NCBI GenBank assembly: GCA_018645005.1
Contig: JABGPJ010000058.1
Location: forward strand, 30,965 to 94,964
Reading direction: 5' to 3'
Length of the DNA stretch: 64,000 nucleotides
Origin: Deltaproteobacteria bacterium
Lineage (GTDB): Bacteria > SAR324 > XYD2-FULL-50-16
Below the pieces are notes generated by a model that did no database searches, was not told the DNA's origin, and saw only the letters and a program-made list of their open reading frames with translations. Every line of letters begins with the position of its first letter. Position 1 is the first letter of the stretch. Made by a program: the position numbers and the translations under genes. Below are positions 20,327 through 29,721 of the stretch, in pieces.

Positions 20327-21802
20327 TTATATTGACATCTTTGGTTTTGTTAATTGTAGACTCTGTTGAAAACAGTGTGCGATCTTCAGAAGTTTTCCTT
20401 CTTCCAGATGACTGGTCAACAGCTGGAATCCAACTGGCAGGTTGTTATTGGTAAAACCGCCTGGAACTGATATCCCCGGAATTCCTGCCAGGTTCGCAGG
20501 AATCGTAAACGCATCTCCAAGATACATTTTTAACGGATCATTGATCATTTCCCCAATTTTATAGGCTGCCGTTGGCGCGACTGGCGTTGCGATGGCATCC
20601 ACTGCCTGAAAAGCCTGATGATATTGGGATCGAATGAGGTTCTGAACTTTTTGAGCCTTGAGGTAGTATGCATCATAATAACCCGCTGATAAGGCAAACG
20701 TACCGATCAGAATTCGCATTTTGACCTCCTTACCAAACCCTTCGTCACGGGATTTTTCATACATATCCAACAAGCCGGATATCTCCTTTGCCCTCTGACC
20801 GTATCTCACTCCGTCGTATCGGCCCAGGTTTGAGCTCGCTTCGCAGGGCGCGATCACATAGTAAGTGGCAACAGCATCAGAAATATTTGGCATACTGATC
20901 TCAACGATTTCAGCACCTGCATCTTTTAACACCTCAATATTGTGCTGAAAAATTCTGACCACTTCTGAATCACAGCTGGAAAGATCGAGTTCTTTGATGA
21001 CACCTATTTTCATTCCCTTTATCGATTGATTCAGGAACTGTGAGTAGTCAGGAATATCTACTTCCAAAGATGTCGCATCCCTGCTATCATAACCGGCGAT
21101 TGTCTGTAGAAGTATAGCTGCATCCTCAACATCGCGTGTCATGGGCCCTGCTTGATCAAACGAACTCGCAAAAGCGACCATTCCCCAACGACTTACTCTG
21201 CCGTAAGTTGGTTTTAACCCGACGATCCCCGTGAAAGATGCGGGCTGTCGAATCGATCCGCCGGTATCAGTTCCCAGAGCAGCCAGAGATTGTCCAGATG
21301 AAACCGCGCTCGCAGAACCACCGGAAGATCCCCCTGGAACCCGATCCACATTCCAGGGATTTCGTGTGACACCAAATGCAGAATTTTCTGTAGAGGAACC
21401 CATTGCAAATTCGTCCATGTTTGTCTTACCGACAAGCAGCGAACCGGCTTCTTTCAGTTTTTCAGTCGCGGTTGACTCGAAAGGGGGGACATAATTTTCC
21501 AGAAACCGTGATGCACAAGTAGTCCGGATACCTTTTGTAGAAAAAATGTCCTTTATTGCGATTGGCATCCCCTCCAACGAATGAATCAGTTCCTTTTGTG
21601 AGATTTTATGGTCAATTTTCTCAGCCAGATCCAGATGCCTGTCTTCGGATAGTGTAATAAATGAGTGCAGTTTTTCTTCTACATTTTCCAAACGCTTTAA
21701 TATCGACTGAACGATTTCGACAGTTGTAACCTCTCCCGACAACCTTTTCTGGTGTAAATTATGGATTGGCAGCTCGTATAAATTCATTGCAAATGAGCCC
21801 AT
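20327..21802 (-). CDS. gatA: Glutamyl-tRNA(Gln) amidotransferase subunit A
   Basis: Amidase signature GGSSGGSASAV with the upstream K and the Ser-cisSer context. 491 aa. GatA-type N-terminus (LHQKRLSGEVTTVEIVQ). Confidence 0.9.
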   Translation of the reverse strand: MGSFAMNLYELPIHNLHQKRLSGEVTTVEIVQSILKRLENVEEKLHSFITLSEDRHLDLAEKIDHKISQKELIHSLEGMPIAIKDIFSTKGIRTTCASRFLENYVPPFESTATEKLKEAGSLLVGKTNMDEFAMGSSTENSAFGVTRNPWNVDRVPGGSSGGSASAVSSGQSLAALGTDTGGSIRQPASFTGIVGLKPTYGRVSRWGMVAFASSFDQAGPMTRDVEDAAILLQTIAGYDSRDATSLEVDIPDYSQFLNQSIKGMKIGVIKELDLSSCDSEVVRIFQHNIEVLKDAGAEIVEISMPNISDAVATYYVIAPCEASSNLGRYDGVRYGQRAKEISGLLDMYEKSRDEGFGKEVKMRILIGTFALSAGYYDAYYLKAQKVQNLIRSQYHQAFQAVDAIATPVAPTAAYKIGEMINDPLKMYLGDAFTIPANLAGIPGISVPGGFTNNNLPVGFQLLTSHLEEGKLLKIAHCFQQSLQLTKPKMSI

Positions 21803-22421
21803 TAGTGATGGTTGGAAATTCAGTTTTACAGCAAACGTGCATACCTGTTTTTAACAAACCGGATTCAACGATTCCTCCGAAACAGGTCTGAGACTTGCGA
21901 CGATTAAATTTAAGGAGATCAAACTGCATGTCGGACAACATCTTGGGAACCTGATGAGGATGTTGGTTATTCCAACTGGTTCTGGTTATTGCAGATCTTT
22001 GCAGTTTACCACAGACAGTTCCCTGACAGGCAGACGTATAATTTTATTTTTATCTATATTAATTCATACTGACAATCAAAAACTCTCCAAACGCTTGCCC
22101 CAAGGCATCAAATTCTCTTTATCGTAATAACTTTCGAACGATCTTCCGCTTAATTTTGACATTCATCATTCACAGACGCTGACCCATTTTTATATAATGA
22201 TGAATGATTACGGATATCCGCTGTCTTCAGGCGTGTCAGACTTCAGGAATATCAATCAGGAAGCAACCTGGATATGTTGTTGCACTCTATTCGTTGAGTA
22301 TACAGCAGACCTCCAATTACGCCAACCCTCGATAGACAGCTGGATACCCATACCGACGTTTCTGAAGGGAACCGAAATAACCGTCAAGGGGATAAATAAA
22401 TATCATAGTCAGGAAAACATT

Positions 22422-22700
22422 ATGACCAAAAGCTCAAAATTTGACGTTCTGATGCGGGACATTACAAGTGGTACGTTAACTGATCAGCAGGATGAACTGG
22501 TATCGCGCATGGAAGAGGTCCTTGAAGAGGAAGAGATGGGATCAATGGATGAGATGATAAATGACATCAGGGATTATCTGACTTCGAAAAACAAACTGGA
22601 TGCTTATCTCAAAGAGGGAGTGATGCAGTTGCCACTAGAGTTAGTTTTTTCATGGTTTTCAACAACGATCAAGAAGCGTAAAGAGAGCAGCAAGAATTAA
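22422..22700 (+). CDS. Hypothetical acidic small protein (92 aa from the internal ATG)
   Basis: The ORF track gives 22197..22700. The ATG at 22422 follows an AGGAAA RBS-like element. No recognisable motif. Confidence 0.35.
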   Translation: MTKSSKFDVLMRDITSGTLTDQQDELVSRMEEVLEEEEMGSMDEMINDIRDYLTSKNKLDAYLKEGVMQLPLELVFSWFSTTIKKRKESSKN

Positions 22701-22760
22701 TTCAACGTTTTCTTTAAAAAAACTAAAATAGCCTTAACAGGCACAACAGCGGATATAACC

Positions 22761-22967
22761 ATGTTACAAAAAGTATTAGACAGACTGGAAGGTATGAACA
22801 AGGACCGATTAAATGATGAGCTGATAAAACTGGTGTTGACTGCGGAAGAGATGGGTCTTGGATGCAAGAGTTACCTTTATGAAAACGGCACACGTGATGG
22901 GTTGCTAAAGAAGTATGATGAGTGGCAGATCGTGATCGACAGGTTTTATGAGTCATTTATCAAGTAA
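22761..22967 (+). CDS. Hypothetical small protein (68 aa)
   Basis: ORF only. No motif recognised. Confidence 0.3.
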   Translation: MLQKVLDRLEGMNKDRLNDELIKLVLTAEEMGLGCKSYLYENGTRDGLLKKYDEWQIVIDRFYESFIK

Positions 22968-23130
22968 GCAAATCTGAGCGCACCATTTTCCATCGATCTG
23001 CATAAAAACTTCTACGCCCCTTGACAAAGCGAAATACTTCAGTAACCTCATGTCAAGGGCGGCTAAGGATAACCACCTTATCTTCCTCTCTATCTTCAAC
23101 CAATACGCTTCTCCCTAGCCCGGTAACTCT

Positions 23131-24018
23131 ATGAAACAGCTATTCATTTTGGGGTTCCTTGTCATAAGCCTGTTCATATCCGCATCTGATGGATTCTGCC
23201 AGGAAATAGATGCCCCTAATACAAAAGTCACGTATTACGATGAAAGGGATCATATTATCAAAGAAATTAGAAATTTCAGTCTCGAAAAATCACAGGCACA
23301 GGGTTTCTATAAATCGGTGACAAATTTTGATAGATATGGGAAAATCGTCCAAACGGAAGAGGTCTTCACAGAAGGGGCTGTCCAAAAAAGCGGAATTCTA
23401 CGTCAGATCCGATTCTTTGATAAAAACGGCCACCTGACCCGGGTTGAAAAAGAGTTATCTCCAAACAACCCCAAAGATCCGGGTGTGCGAAAATCTGTTT
23501 TTCATCTGCGACCCAACGGGATGAAAGAAAAGCTGGAGCTCTACTATTCGACAGAAGCGGCTGAACGGACAGGGTTTAACAGAATTGTGTTCTTTCACAA
23601 TCCAGATGGCCGCAAAACACATGAGACCTTGTACCACACACAACACAAAGCCGAGCAGCAGGGAGTTTACAAATCCAATATAAATTATACTCCTGCCGGT
23701 CTGAAGAAAAGTGTGATCTGGTGGATGACTGAAGTCTATATTGCAGCGGAACAGATCACAAAAGTAGTTTTTTATTATGACAGTAAAGGCAATGAGACTA
23801 AGCAGGAAGGTCATTTCTCCAGAGAAAAAGCAAAGGAACTGGGTTACTACAAAACGATCATGCATCATGATCTGGCAGGACGGAAGTTGAAGGAAGAACG
23901 ATATTATCTTCAAAACAACCAAAGTGCAAAGGGCTACTATAAGGGTATAATCACCTTCGACGAGGATGGTAGAATCATAACAGAAGAGAAGTTCGATAAA
24001 TATGGCAACACCTTTTAA
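23131..24018 (+). CDS. Secreted repeat protein (YwqK/MORN-variant-like repeats)
   Basis: Signal peptide (FILGFLVISLFISASDG) followed by about 8 repeats with about 33-aa period of the form G(Y/F)YKxxxxFDxxGkxxxEExY, e.g. GYYKTIMHHDLAGRKLKEERYY and GYYKGIITFDEDGRIITEEKFD. Confidence 0.6.
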   Translation: MKQLFILGFLVISLFISASDGFCQEIDAPNTKVTYYDERDHIIKEIRNFSLEKSQAQGFYKSVTNFDRYGKIVQTEEVFTEGAVQKSGILRQIRFFDKNGHLTRVEKELSPNNPKDPGVRKSVFHLRPNGMKEKLELYYSTEAAERTGFNRIVFFHNPDGRKTHETLYHTQHKAEQQGVYKSNINYTPAGLKKSVIWWMTEVYIAAEQITKVVFYYDSKGNETKQEGHFSREKAKELGYYKTIMHHDLAGRKLKEERYYLQNNQSAKGYYKGIITFDEDGRIITEEKFDKYGNTF

Positions 24019-24156
24019 AAACTGCCCGCTCTGACCAAAACAATAAAAATAAATTTTCAAAGCAGTGCCAAAACTGTTTCCGCGTGTCTCTCATAGCAAT
24101 TAAAAAGGATTTTATGATTTTCGGTCATCCGGCCCACTCACAAAAATTATCGCCAT

Positions 24157-27100
24157 ATGAAGCATTTTTTCGATCAAGCTACCGCATTATCTGCTACTGA
24201 AAAGTCTCAGATACTGGATACTGCTCGACAAGAATTGAAAAAGAATCCTATGAACTTCAATGAAATGTCGACCCAGCAGTTATTGCTCTGCATCAACGCC
24301 AGCGCTTCGAATCATTATATTCCCACGGGGATGGAGAGTCTGATCACGACTCATATTATACCCTTAAATCAAAATATCGACAAACATGTACATTCGAGCA
24401 TTAAAGAACTACTCCTTGAAACAACCAATGACCTACTAGGGTATCTGCTGGAAAATATCCAGACAAAGGAAATCCATCAGTATTTCGACCTGATCTTCAA
24501 TCTTGAAAACCGATATCAGTTCGACCCCTTGCTGGTCGCACATTTTTCTTATGATGAACTGGTCGATTACCTTCAGGATTTTTTAAAGGCTTCGGTGGTT
24601 GATGACATTGATCGAAGCGTCGAAATTTTCGACGACCGTCAACCCAAGTCGTGGAAAACACTGACAAAGCTTGCAGATTTGGAAAGTGTTGATACCAGTA
24701 TTAAAATTCCTGCAATTATCGAGCGACCGTTTTTTTCCGATATCCATTTTAACATCACCAAACAGGGCCGAGCAACGTTGATCAAAAGCACTTTTGGTCA
24801 ACTGAAATCTGTGCAGCCGTATTTCAGTAAAACTAAGGCCCCAACCGGTGAATTGTTTAGCGCCAAGAACAAGGTATTTCTGAAATGGCGGGATATTCAT
24901 CAGTTCAAACTAGGATCCACGCAATCCAAATCTTTTCTGGGGGTTTCCGTCAAGGGTGAGTTTGTTGCGGCAACAAAGCTGATATCACATGATATCGGAT
25001 TAAAAATGATTAGCATTGAGGATATCGACTCATTCAAACTGAGAATTAACAAAAAAGTGGTCGATGTCAGCCCCAAGGAGATTACTCAAATCGAAATCAA
25101 TCTCGACACCCAACAGATGATTATGACCCGGGATGTCACCGAGGATGATTTTCATATCAGCCGGTTTAAGCGTCTCAAATTGAAAAAAGGGGATCAAGTA
25201 GGGCAGATTAACAAGATTGTCTCCTTTAACCGTGGCTCTTCAAATTTCGAGCAGATACAGACCATCTTTGGAACCCGCTATACTGAATGTGAAAAAGCAC
25301 GCAACATACTGAACGCGAGGGGTGAATACGGACTTTTGGGAACCAGGAATATCGCAGCGGGCGATCTGGCCTCTCATCTGGTTTTAACTAGTATGAAACT
25401 GCTCGGCTTTCTTCCGTTCAATATTCAGTGTATCGGATTTAAACCCGAAGATGTTAATAATCCCAAAGTCAGTCAAAGTGAAGCGATCAGCTGGATCAAA
25501 GACGTTCAGAATTCGCTGTCTGAAATTATGGATGTTTCAAAAACGCCCAGTTTTACTGAACACAATTTTTCCCGCCTGACAAAAACAGTGAGGACGATTA
25601 TTAAGCGGGATAATTTGTCGGATATAACTCCCCAGCATCTCGAACAGATTATTGAGGAATTAGAGGGCTTGATTCTGTATATGGATGACTTTTTCAAGTT
25701 GAACATATACCAAAAACTTGAGGACGATCTGGAATGTGAAACCGTCCCGGATCTGGATGAAGAATCTCAGCAGAATACAGACGTTCAAGCCGAAAATGAA
25801 GATCTCAGACTTGATGATCAGGCCAAAAATTTTATTACTGAAAACTACACCTTTTTTGAAAAACGGGATCACATTGAAAGCGTGCTGATTAAAATTGAAA
25901 AAATACTTTTCTATAATAAAAACATCAAGCCGTTTGCTGAAGATTTAAAATACGATCCTGATCTGATCTTATACACCAATTCAAATTCACAACTGCAGAA
26001 TTACCGTTTAAGCTCCTACCCATCCGTTTCAACGTCAAAAGTGCTTGACACCAAAACGCTGGAATTCAAAAACGAAGGTGAAGAGCTGCGATTCATTAGA
26101 TTCATGCGAGCATTCACACAGAAATGCCATCAAAAAGCACTGGAACTCAACAAAACCTTCCACCATCAGTTCAAACATACGTTATCAGAATTGACCTTTA
26201 TTGCAGATGAAAAACTCATGCAACTGAAGGACGAACTGGCATTTCTGGAGATTCCTGATAATAAGGAAGCCGCTTACCAAACACTTTTTGAAAAAATCAC
26301 TGCGCTCTACCATCAACACCTCAAAGATAAGCAGGAGAATATCGATAACCTCGAGAAAGAATATACCGAGATCAAAGCCAGATATGAGCAATTCAAGTCG
26401 GATCTGGAAAGGCTTCTTGACACACAATACACCGAAGAGGAACTCGGTGCGGTTCTGTCGCAAATGCCTGAGCAACTGGAGACGATGAAGCAGGAGATAC
26501 TTTCTCAGCACAAAACAAGACTTGCAGAGACATCCCCCGTTTTCAACGCCTATTTGAAGCTCTATAACGCCTCTATCAATTATTTTAAAAAGATCCTCAA
26601 GTACTCAAACCTTTTTCTTAAAGCGCTGTGGGTTCATAGGAATAAAGCGGCCTTTCAAGAGGTAAAATTACAGACAGTGACTTTCTTTTCAATGGACACG
26701 GATGTAATCCTGCTCAAGGTTAAAGAGTTTGAAAATTTTCAACATGATGAAAATAAGGAAAAACGGATTCAACAGGAAATCCACAATCTGTCGCAGAAAA
26801 TTAAATCTTCTTTGATCGAGATGAGTAAAATCCCGGTGAAAGGCTTATTTCAAGACAAGAACAGGGATATGGGAGATCTGACCACTTATCTCACATACTA
26901 CAAACGGGAAACCGATTCTCTTTGCTCACTAATCAAACAATTGCACCCGACCTATCAGCGACTCAGTCAACTACAGAATCTGCTTTTCAAAAAGCAGGAA
27001 GAACTGGTGTCCAGTAAACTGGAAAAGGCAAAAAATGATTTACGGATTCAAATTTCGAAAATGATTTGTAACAACCCCGAGTGTCATGCGGAAATTGATG

Positions 27101-28149
27101 ATTTGGAACGAAAATCGGAGAAGGTACCCAAGGAGATAAAGGATGAACTGGGCGATCTGCGTGGGAAACTCGTAGAATCTGTAAATCATTTCAAAACGAT
27201 TACAGCGCCTGTCAATCTCGAAAAAATCCTGGACTACGAAACCCTGTTTGCTCAGGCAGACAACAGGCATCAAATCAACGAAATATCAAAGGAGTTGGTC
27301 AATTTTACACAGGGACTAACCGCCATTGGGCAAGAAAAAGAGGGCGAAATTGAAGACCTGAACTATCTGTCATCCCAGGAGGAAAACCTTGAGCAAGTCG
27401 CAATGTCCAAGGCGTTGCCGTCAACAAGAATACTGCTGAAGAACAATTATATTCCAATGATTGAGAGAGAGAAAAAGATGCTTCTGCGGGCCAATCAGTT
27501 TCTCTCGGAAATCATCTCTAATGAAAAAGCAATTAACCAGGTTCTGGTTTCAACATTTTTTCATAAACGATTTGGTGTATATCAATTCATTAATGGAACG
27601 TACTGTCTAGATATTACAGCCGGGGCTAAAGATCATACAGAGAAGAACATATACAATGCTTTCATGCTGATAGCAGAACGTCTGGTCAAAGCTTGCTCAG
27701 GAGTTGTACTTCCGGGAACGCAGGTGAGCTTGAAGAAGGTGGAAGTCAAAGGCATTCCAGATTTGAGAAATCTGATTTCTCAAATCTGGCAAGGACATGT
27801 TGATGACCGGTTTATTCTACTACCGTCATCTCTTTCCTTGGAGGAGGCATTTGAACTCTGTGAGTATAAAGATCTGATCTGTCAAAAAAATCCCAAATCA
27901 CAGAAATCGAAGAATTCGTTGATTTTAATTTACGTCCACAAGATTGCTTTTGAAGCGATCGAAAGATCACCTGAATTAAAAATAAAATATAATCAGGCGA
28001 TTCTGAGTAATATCTTTATCAATGTAGACGGGGTGGAGATATTCAACAATCGTGATTCGATCTATGATGCCTGCATCAGGGAAACTTTCGGAAAATGTCA
28101 CGACAAGCAAGCAGACCAAATCATGCATAATTTTCTGTTTGCCAGTTAA
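24157..28149 (+). CDS. Giant (1330 aa) cytoplasmic protein of unknown function, coiled-coil-rich
   Basis: Uninterrupted 3993-nt ORF with no signal peptide or TM segment. The central ~600 aa is heptad-like and K/E/Q/L-rich. I found no Walker A, HxH, DxD or other catalytic motif by eye. Confidence 0.75.
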   Translation: MKHFFDQATALSATEKSQILDTARQELKKNPMNFNEMSTQQLLLCINASASNHYIPTGMESLITTHIIPLNQNIDKHVHSSIKELLLETTNDLLGYLLENIQTKEIHQYFDLIFNLENRYQFDPLLVAHFSYDELVDYLQDFLKASVVDDIDRSVEIFDDRQPKSWKTLTKLADLESVDTSIKIPAIIERPFFSDIHFNITKQGRATLIKSTFGQLKSVQPYFSKTKAPTGELFSAKNKVFLKWRDIHQFKLGSTQSKSFLGVSVKGEFVAATKLISHDIGLKMISIEDIDSFKLRINKKVVDVSPKEITQIEINLDTQQMIMTRDVTEDDFHISRFKRLKLKKGDQVGQINKIVSFNRGSSNFEQIQTIFGTRYTECEKARNILNARGEYGLLGTRNIAAGDLASHLVLTSMKLLGFLPFNIQCIGFKPEDVNNPKVSQSEAISWIKDVQNSLSEIMDVSKTPSFTEHNFSRLTKTVRTIIKRDNLSDITPQHLEQIIEELEGLILYMDDFFKLNIYQKLEDDLECETVPDLDEESQQNTDVQAENEDLRLDDQAKNFITENYTFFEKRDHIESVLIKIEKILFYNKNIKPFAEDLKYDPDLILYTNSNSQLQNYRLSSYPSVSTSKVLDTKTLEFKNEGEELRFIRFMRAFTQKCHQKALELNKTFHHQFKHTLSELTFIADEKLMQLKDELAFLEIPDNKEAAYQTLFEKITALYHQHLKDKQENIDNLEKEYTEIKARYEQFKSDLERLLDTQYTEEELGAVLSQMPEQLETMKQEILSQHKTRLAETSPVFNAYLKLYNASINYFKKILKYSNLFLKALWVHRNKAAFQEVKLQTVTFFSMDTDVILLKVKEFENFQHDENKEKRIQQEIHNLSQKIKSSLIEMSKIPVKGLFQDKNRDMGDLTTYLTYYKRETDSLCSLIKQLHPTYQRLSQLQNLLFKKQEELVSSKLEKAKNDLRIQISKMICNNPECHAEIDDLERKSEKVPKEIKDELGDLRGKLVESVNHFKTITAPVNLEKILDYETLFAQADNRHQINEISKELVNFTQGLTAIGQEKEGEIEDLNYLSSQEENLEQVAMSKALPSTRILLKNNYIPMIEREKKMLLRANQFLSEIISNEKAINQVLVSTFFHKRFGVYQFINGTYCLDITAGAKDHTEKNIYNAFMLIAERLVKACSGVVLPGTQVSLKKVEVKGIPDLRNLISQIWQGHVDDRFILLPSSLSLEEAFELCEYKDLICQKNPKSQKSKNSLILIYVHKIAFEAIERSPELKIKYNQAILSNIFINVDGVEIFNNRDSIYDACIRETFGKCHDKQADQIMHNFLFAS

Positions 28150-28270
28150 GGGATCTTCCCTGCTGATTCTCCTGTTTCTGTTGCCGAGGAAAACCCCAAC
28201 ACAGAATTCCATCAGTAATCTTGCAGGACCGCTTGTAGATCTGTTCGTGTATCCGGGCAGGCAGCACACC

Positions 28271-28807
28271 TTATCGACATTGACCCAAAGACCCTTTTGC
28301 ACAGGCATTTTCAAGGACGCCAGTTGCTCCCGTAAAGTCCACCAGTTTCAGATCTATATCATCCAAGACCACATCTGTCAGATTTGCTTGCCTTAATAAA
28401 ACCCCTTTCATCTTAACCCCTTGTAAAAAGGCTTCCTCAAGATCTGCCCCTGAAAAATCAACAAATAGCAGATTGCTTCCCTGCATAATTATTTCGTTCA
28501 ATTTGGCACCGGTAAAATCGACCATTCGGAGATTAGATCCGGTGAGATCTGCCCCTGCCAGGTTCGCCTGTGACAAATTGGTATTTTCAATAATTGCCCC
28601 TTTGAGATTAGCGCCTGTCAAGTCTGCTTCTCTCAGGTCGAGGTTAACCAAGCTAGCCCCTTCTAAATTACAGTTCGAAAATGTCCCTCCAGTACATTTT
28701 TTTGTCTCTTTTAGTTTTAACAGATCCTCTTTATTAAAACCGAATGCAATCATATTACTACAAATAAAAAATATGCAAATTACGAACAGAGATATGGTTT
28801 TTCTCAT
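28271..28807 (-). CDS. Secreted pentapeptide-repeat protein
   Basis: Signal peptide (ISLFVICIFFICSNMIAFG), then contiguous A(D/N)LxG-type pentapeptides (ANLKGAIIENTNLSQANLAGADLTGSNLRMVDFTGAKL...). Confidence 0.85.
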   Translation of the reverse strand: MRKTISLFVICIFFICSNMIAFGFNKEDLLKLKETKKCTGGTFSNCNLEGASLVNLDLREADLTGANLKGAIIENTNLSQANLAGADLTGSNLRMVDFTGAKLNEIIMQGSNLLFVDFSGADLEEAFLQGVKMKGVLLRQANLTDVVLDDIDLKLVDFTGATGVLENACAKGSLGQCR

Positions 28808-29219
28808 GTTTCACCTTTAAAAGAAGTTGGTCGACATGCGATTTTCAATAAAAAAAACCATGCGCACCCCGGTGCATTCAAATACTGCATTAGTGCGTTC
28901 TCATTGAAAAGAATTGTTATTTCAATGAGAACCTGCATGGAAGGCTAATTTCAGTCTGCCAAACGAAATCAATCACTAAAGAATGCAGAAACATTTTCAC
29001 AGACTTTTACTCAGGCTCTGCAATAGAGATTATACCAATTACTTCATCAGGGTAAAGGGATTTTTAATAAAACTATCCAAATTTGGGATATCGGAATCAG
29101 TAAATTTGATTCTACGTCGATCAACCTATTATTTCATTTCAGGGTTTTCTTACTCATATAGGTCATGTTAGATTAAAAGACCAGATACGGAATCCCGAAT
29201 GAAAAATATTTCCTTGGCT

Positions 29220-29235
29220 TGGAAAGATGTTTGCA
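29220..29235 (+). promoter_or_regulatory. Candidate sigma-54 (-24/-12) promoter upstream of the 144-aa coiled-coil ORF
   Basis: TGGAAAGATGTTTGCA has TGG, A5, G7 and TTGCA at the consensus spacing. Lies 33 nt upstream of the GTG at 29268. Pattern match only. Confidence 0.3.
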
Positions 29236-29267
29236 TTATAAAAAATATCTAATTTCCGGATAAAACA

Positions 29268-29702
29268 GTGCCCGTCAACGACCCATCAAGTAGCCAAAAA
29301 GACGAGACAGAAAAAGTGGAATTAGAACCCCTTCTGGCTTCTACTGACATTTCTGTCGAACAGGAACTGGAAGCCCACATAATCAAAAGCCTTGGGGATG
29401 AGGTCATTCAAGCGCGCATTCGAGGACTTCTGCAGGACATCATGAAAAAAGAACTCGCAAAGATGTCTAATATGCTCAGGGAGGCGATACGAAATTGGAT
29501 ATTTAAGGAAAAACAAAAATATAATCTAGCGCCACAAGACCTGCAACCACAAATGCTTGCGGATAAACTTGAGAAGGTTGAAACTGACTACCGGCAGCTT
29601 GAAGGCGAAAATAAGAGATTAAAGAGGGAAATGGAGTTGAAGGAGCACGAAAACAGGATCATGGTATCGGCCTTCAAGAAACTTCATCCCGAGTCCAAAT
29701 AA
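29268..29702 (+). CDS. Hypothetical coiled-coil protein (144 aa, GTG start)
   Basis: ORF with a heptad-rich C-terminal half (LEKVETDYRQLEGENKRLKREMELKEHENR). Preceded by a sigma-54-like -24/-12 element. Confidence 0.4.
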   Translation: MPVNDPSSSQKDETEKVELEPLLASTDISVEQELEAHIIKSLGDEVIQARIRGLLQDIMKKELAKMSNMLREAIRNWIFKEKQKYNLAPQDLQPQMLADKLEKVETDYRQLEGENKRLKREMELKEHENRIMVSAFKKLHPESK

Positions 29703-29721
29703 ACATGAAGCGAGGATAAAT

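Noticed and set aside
21803-22196. Search for gatC upstream of gatA
   Set aside because: The only minus-strand ORF there (21759..21941, 60 aa) overlaps the gatA start and has no GatC-like sequence. gatC and gatB must be elsewhere in the genome.
23455-24060. 201-aa minus-strand ORF
   Set aside because: It is antisense to the repeat-protein gene, which has a signal peptide and clear repeats. The antisense translation has no motif and is the kind of long open antisense frame that AT-rich coding DNA produces by chance.
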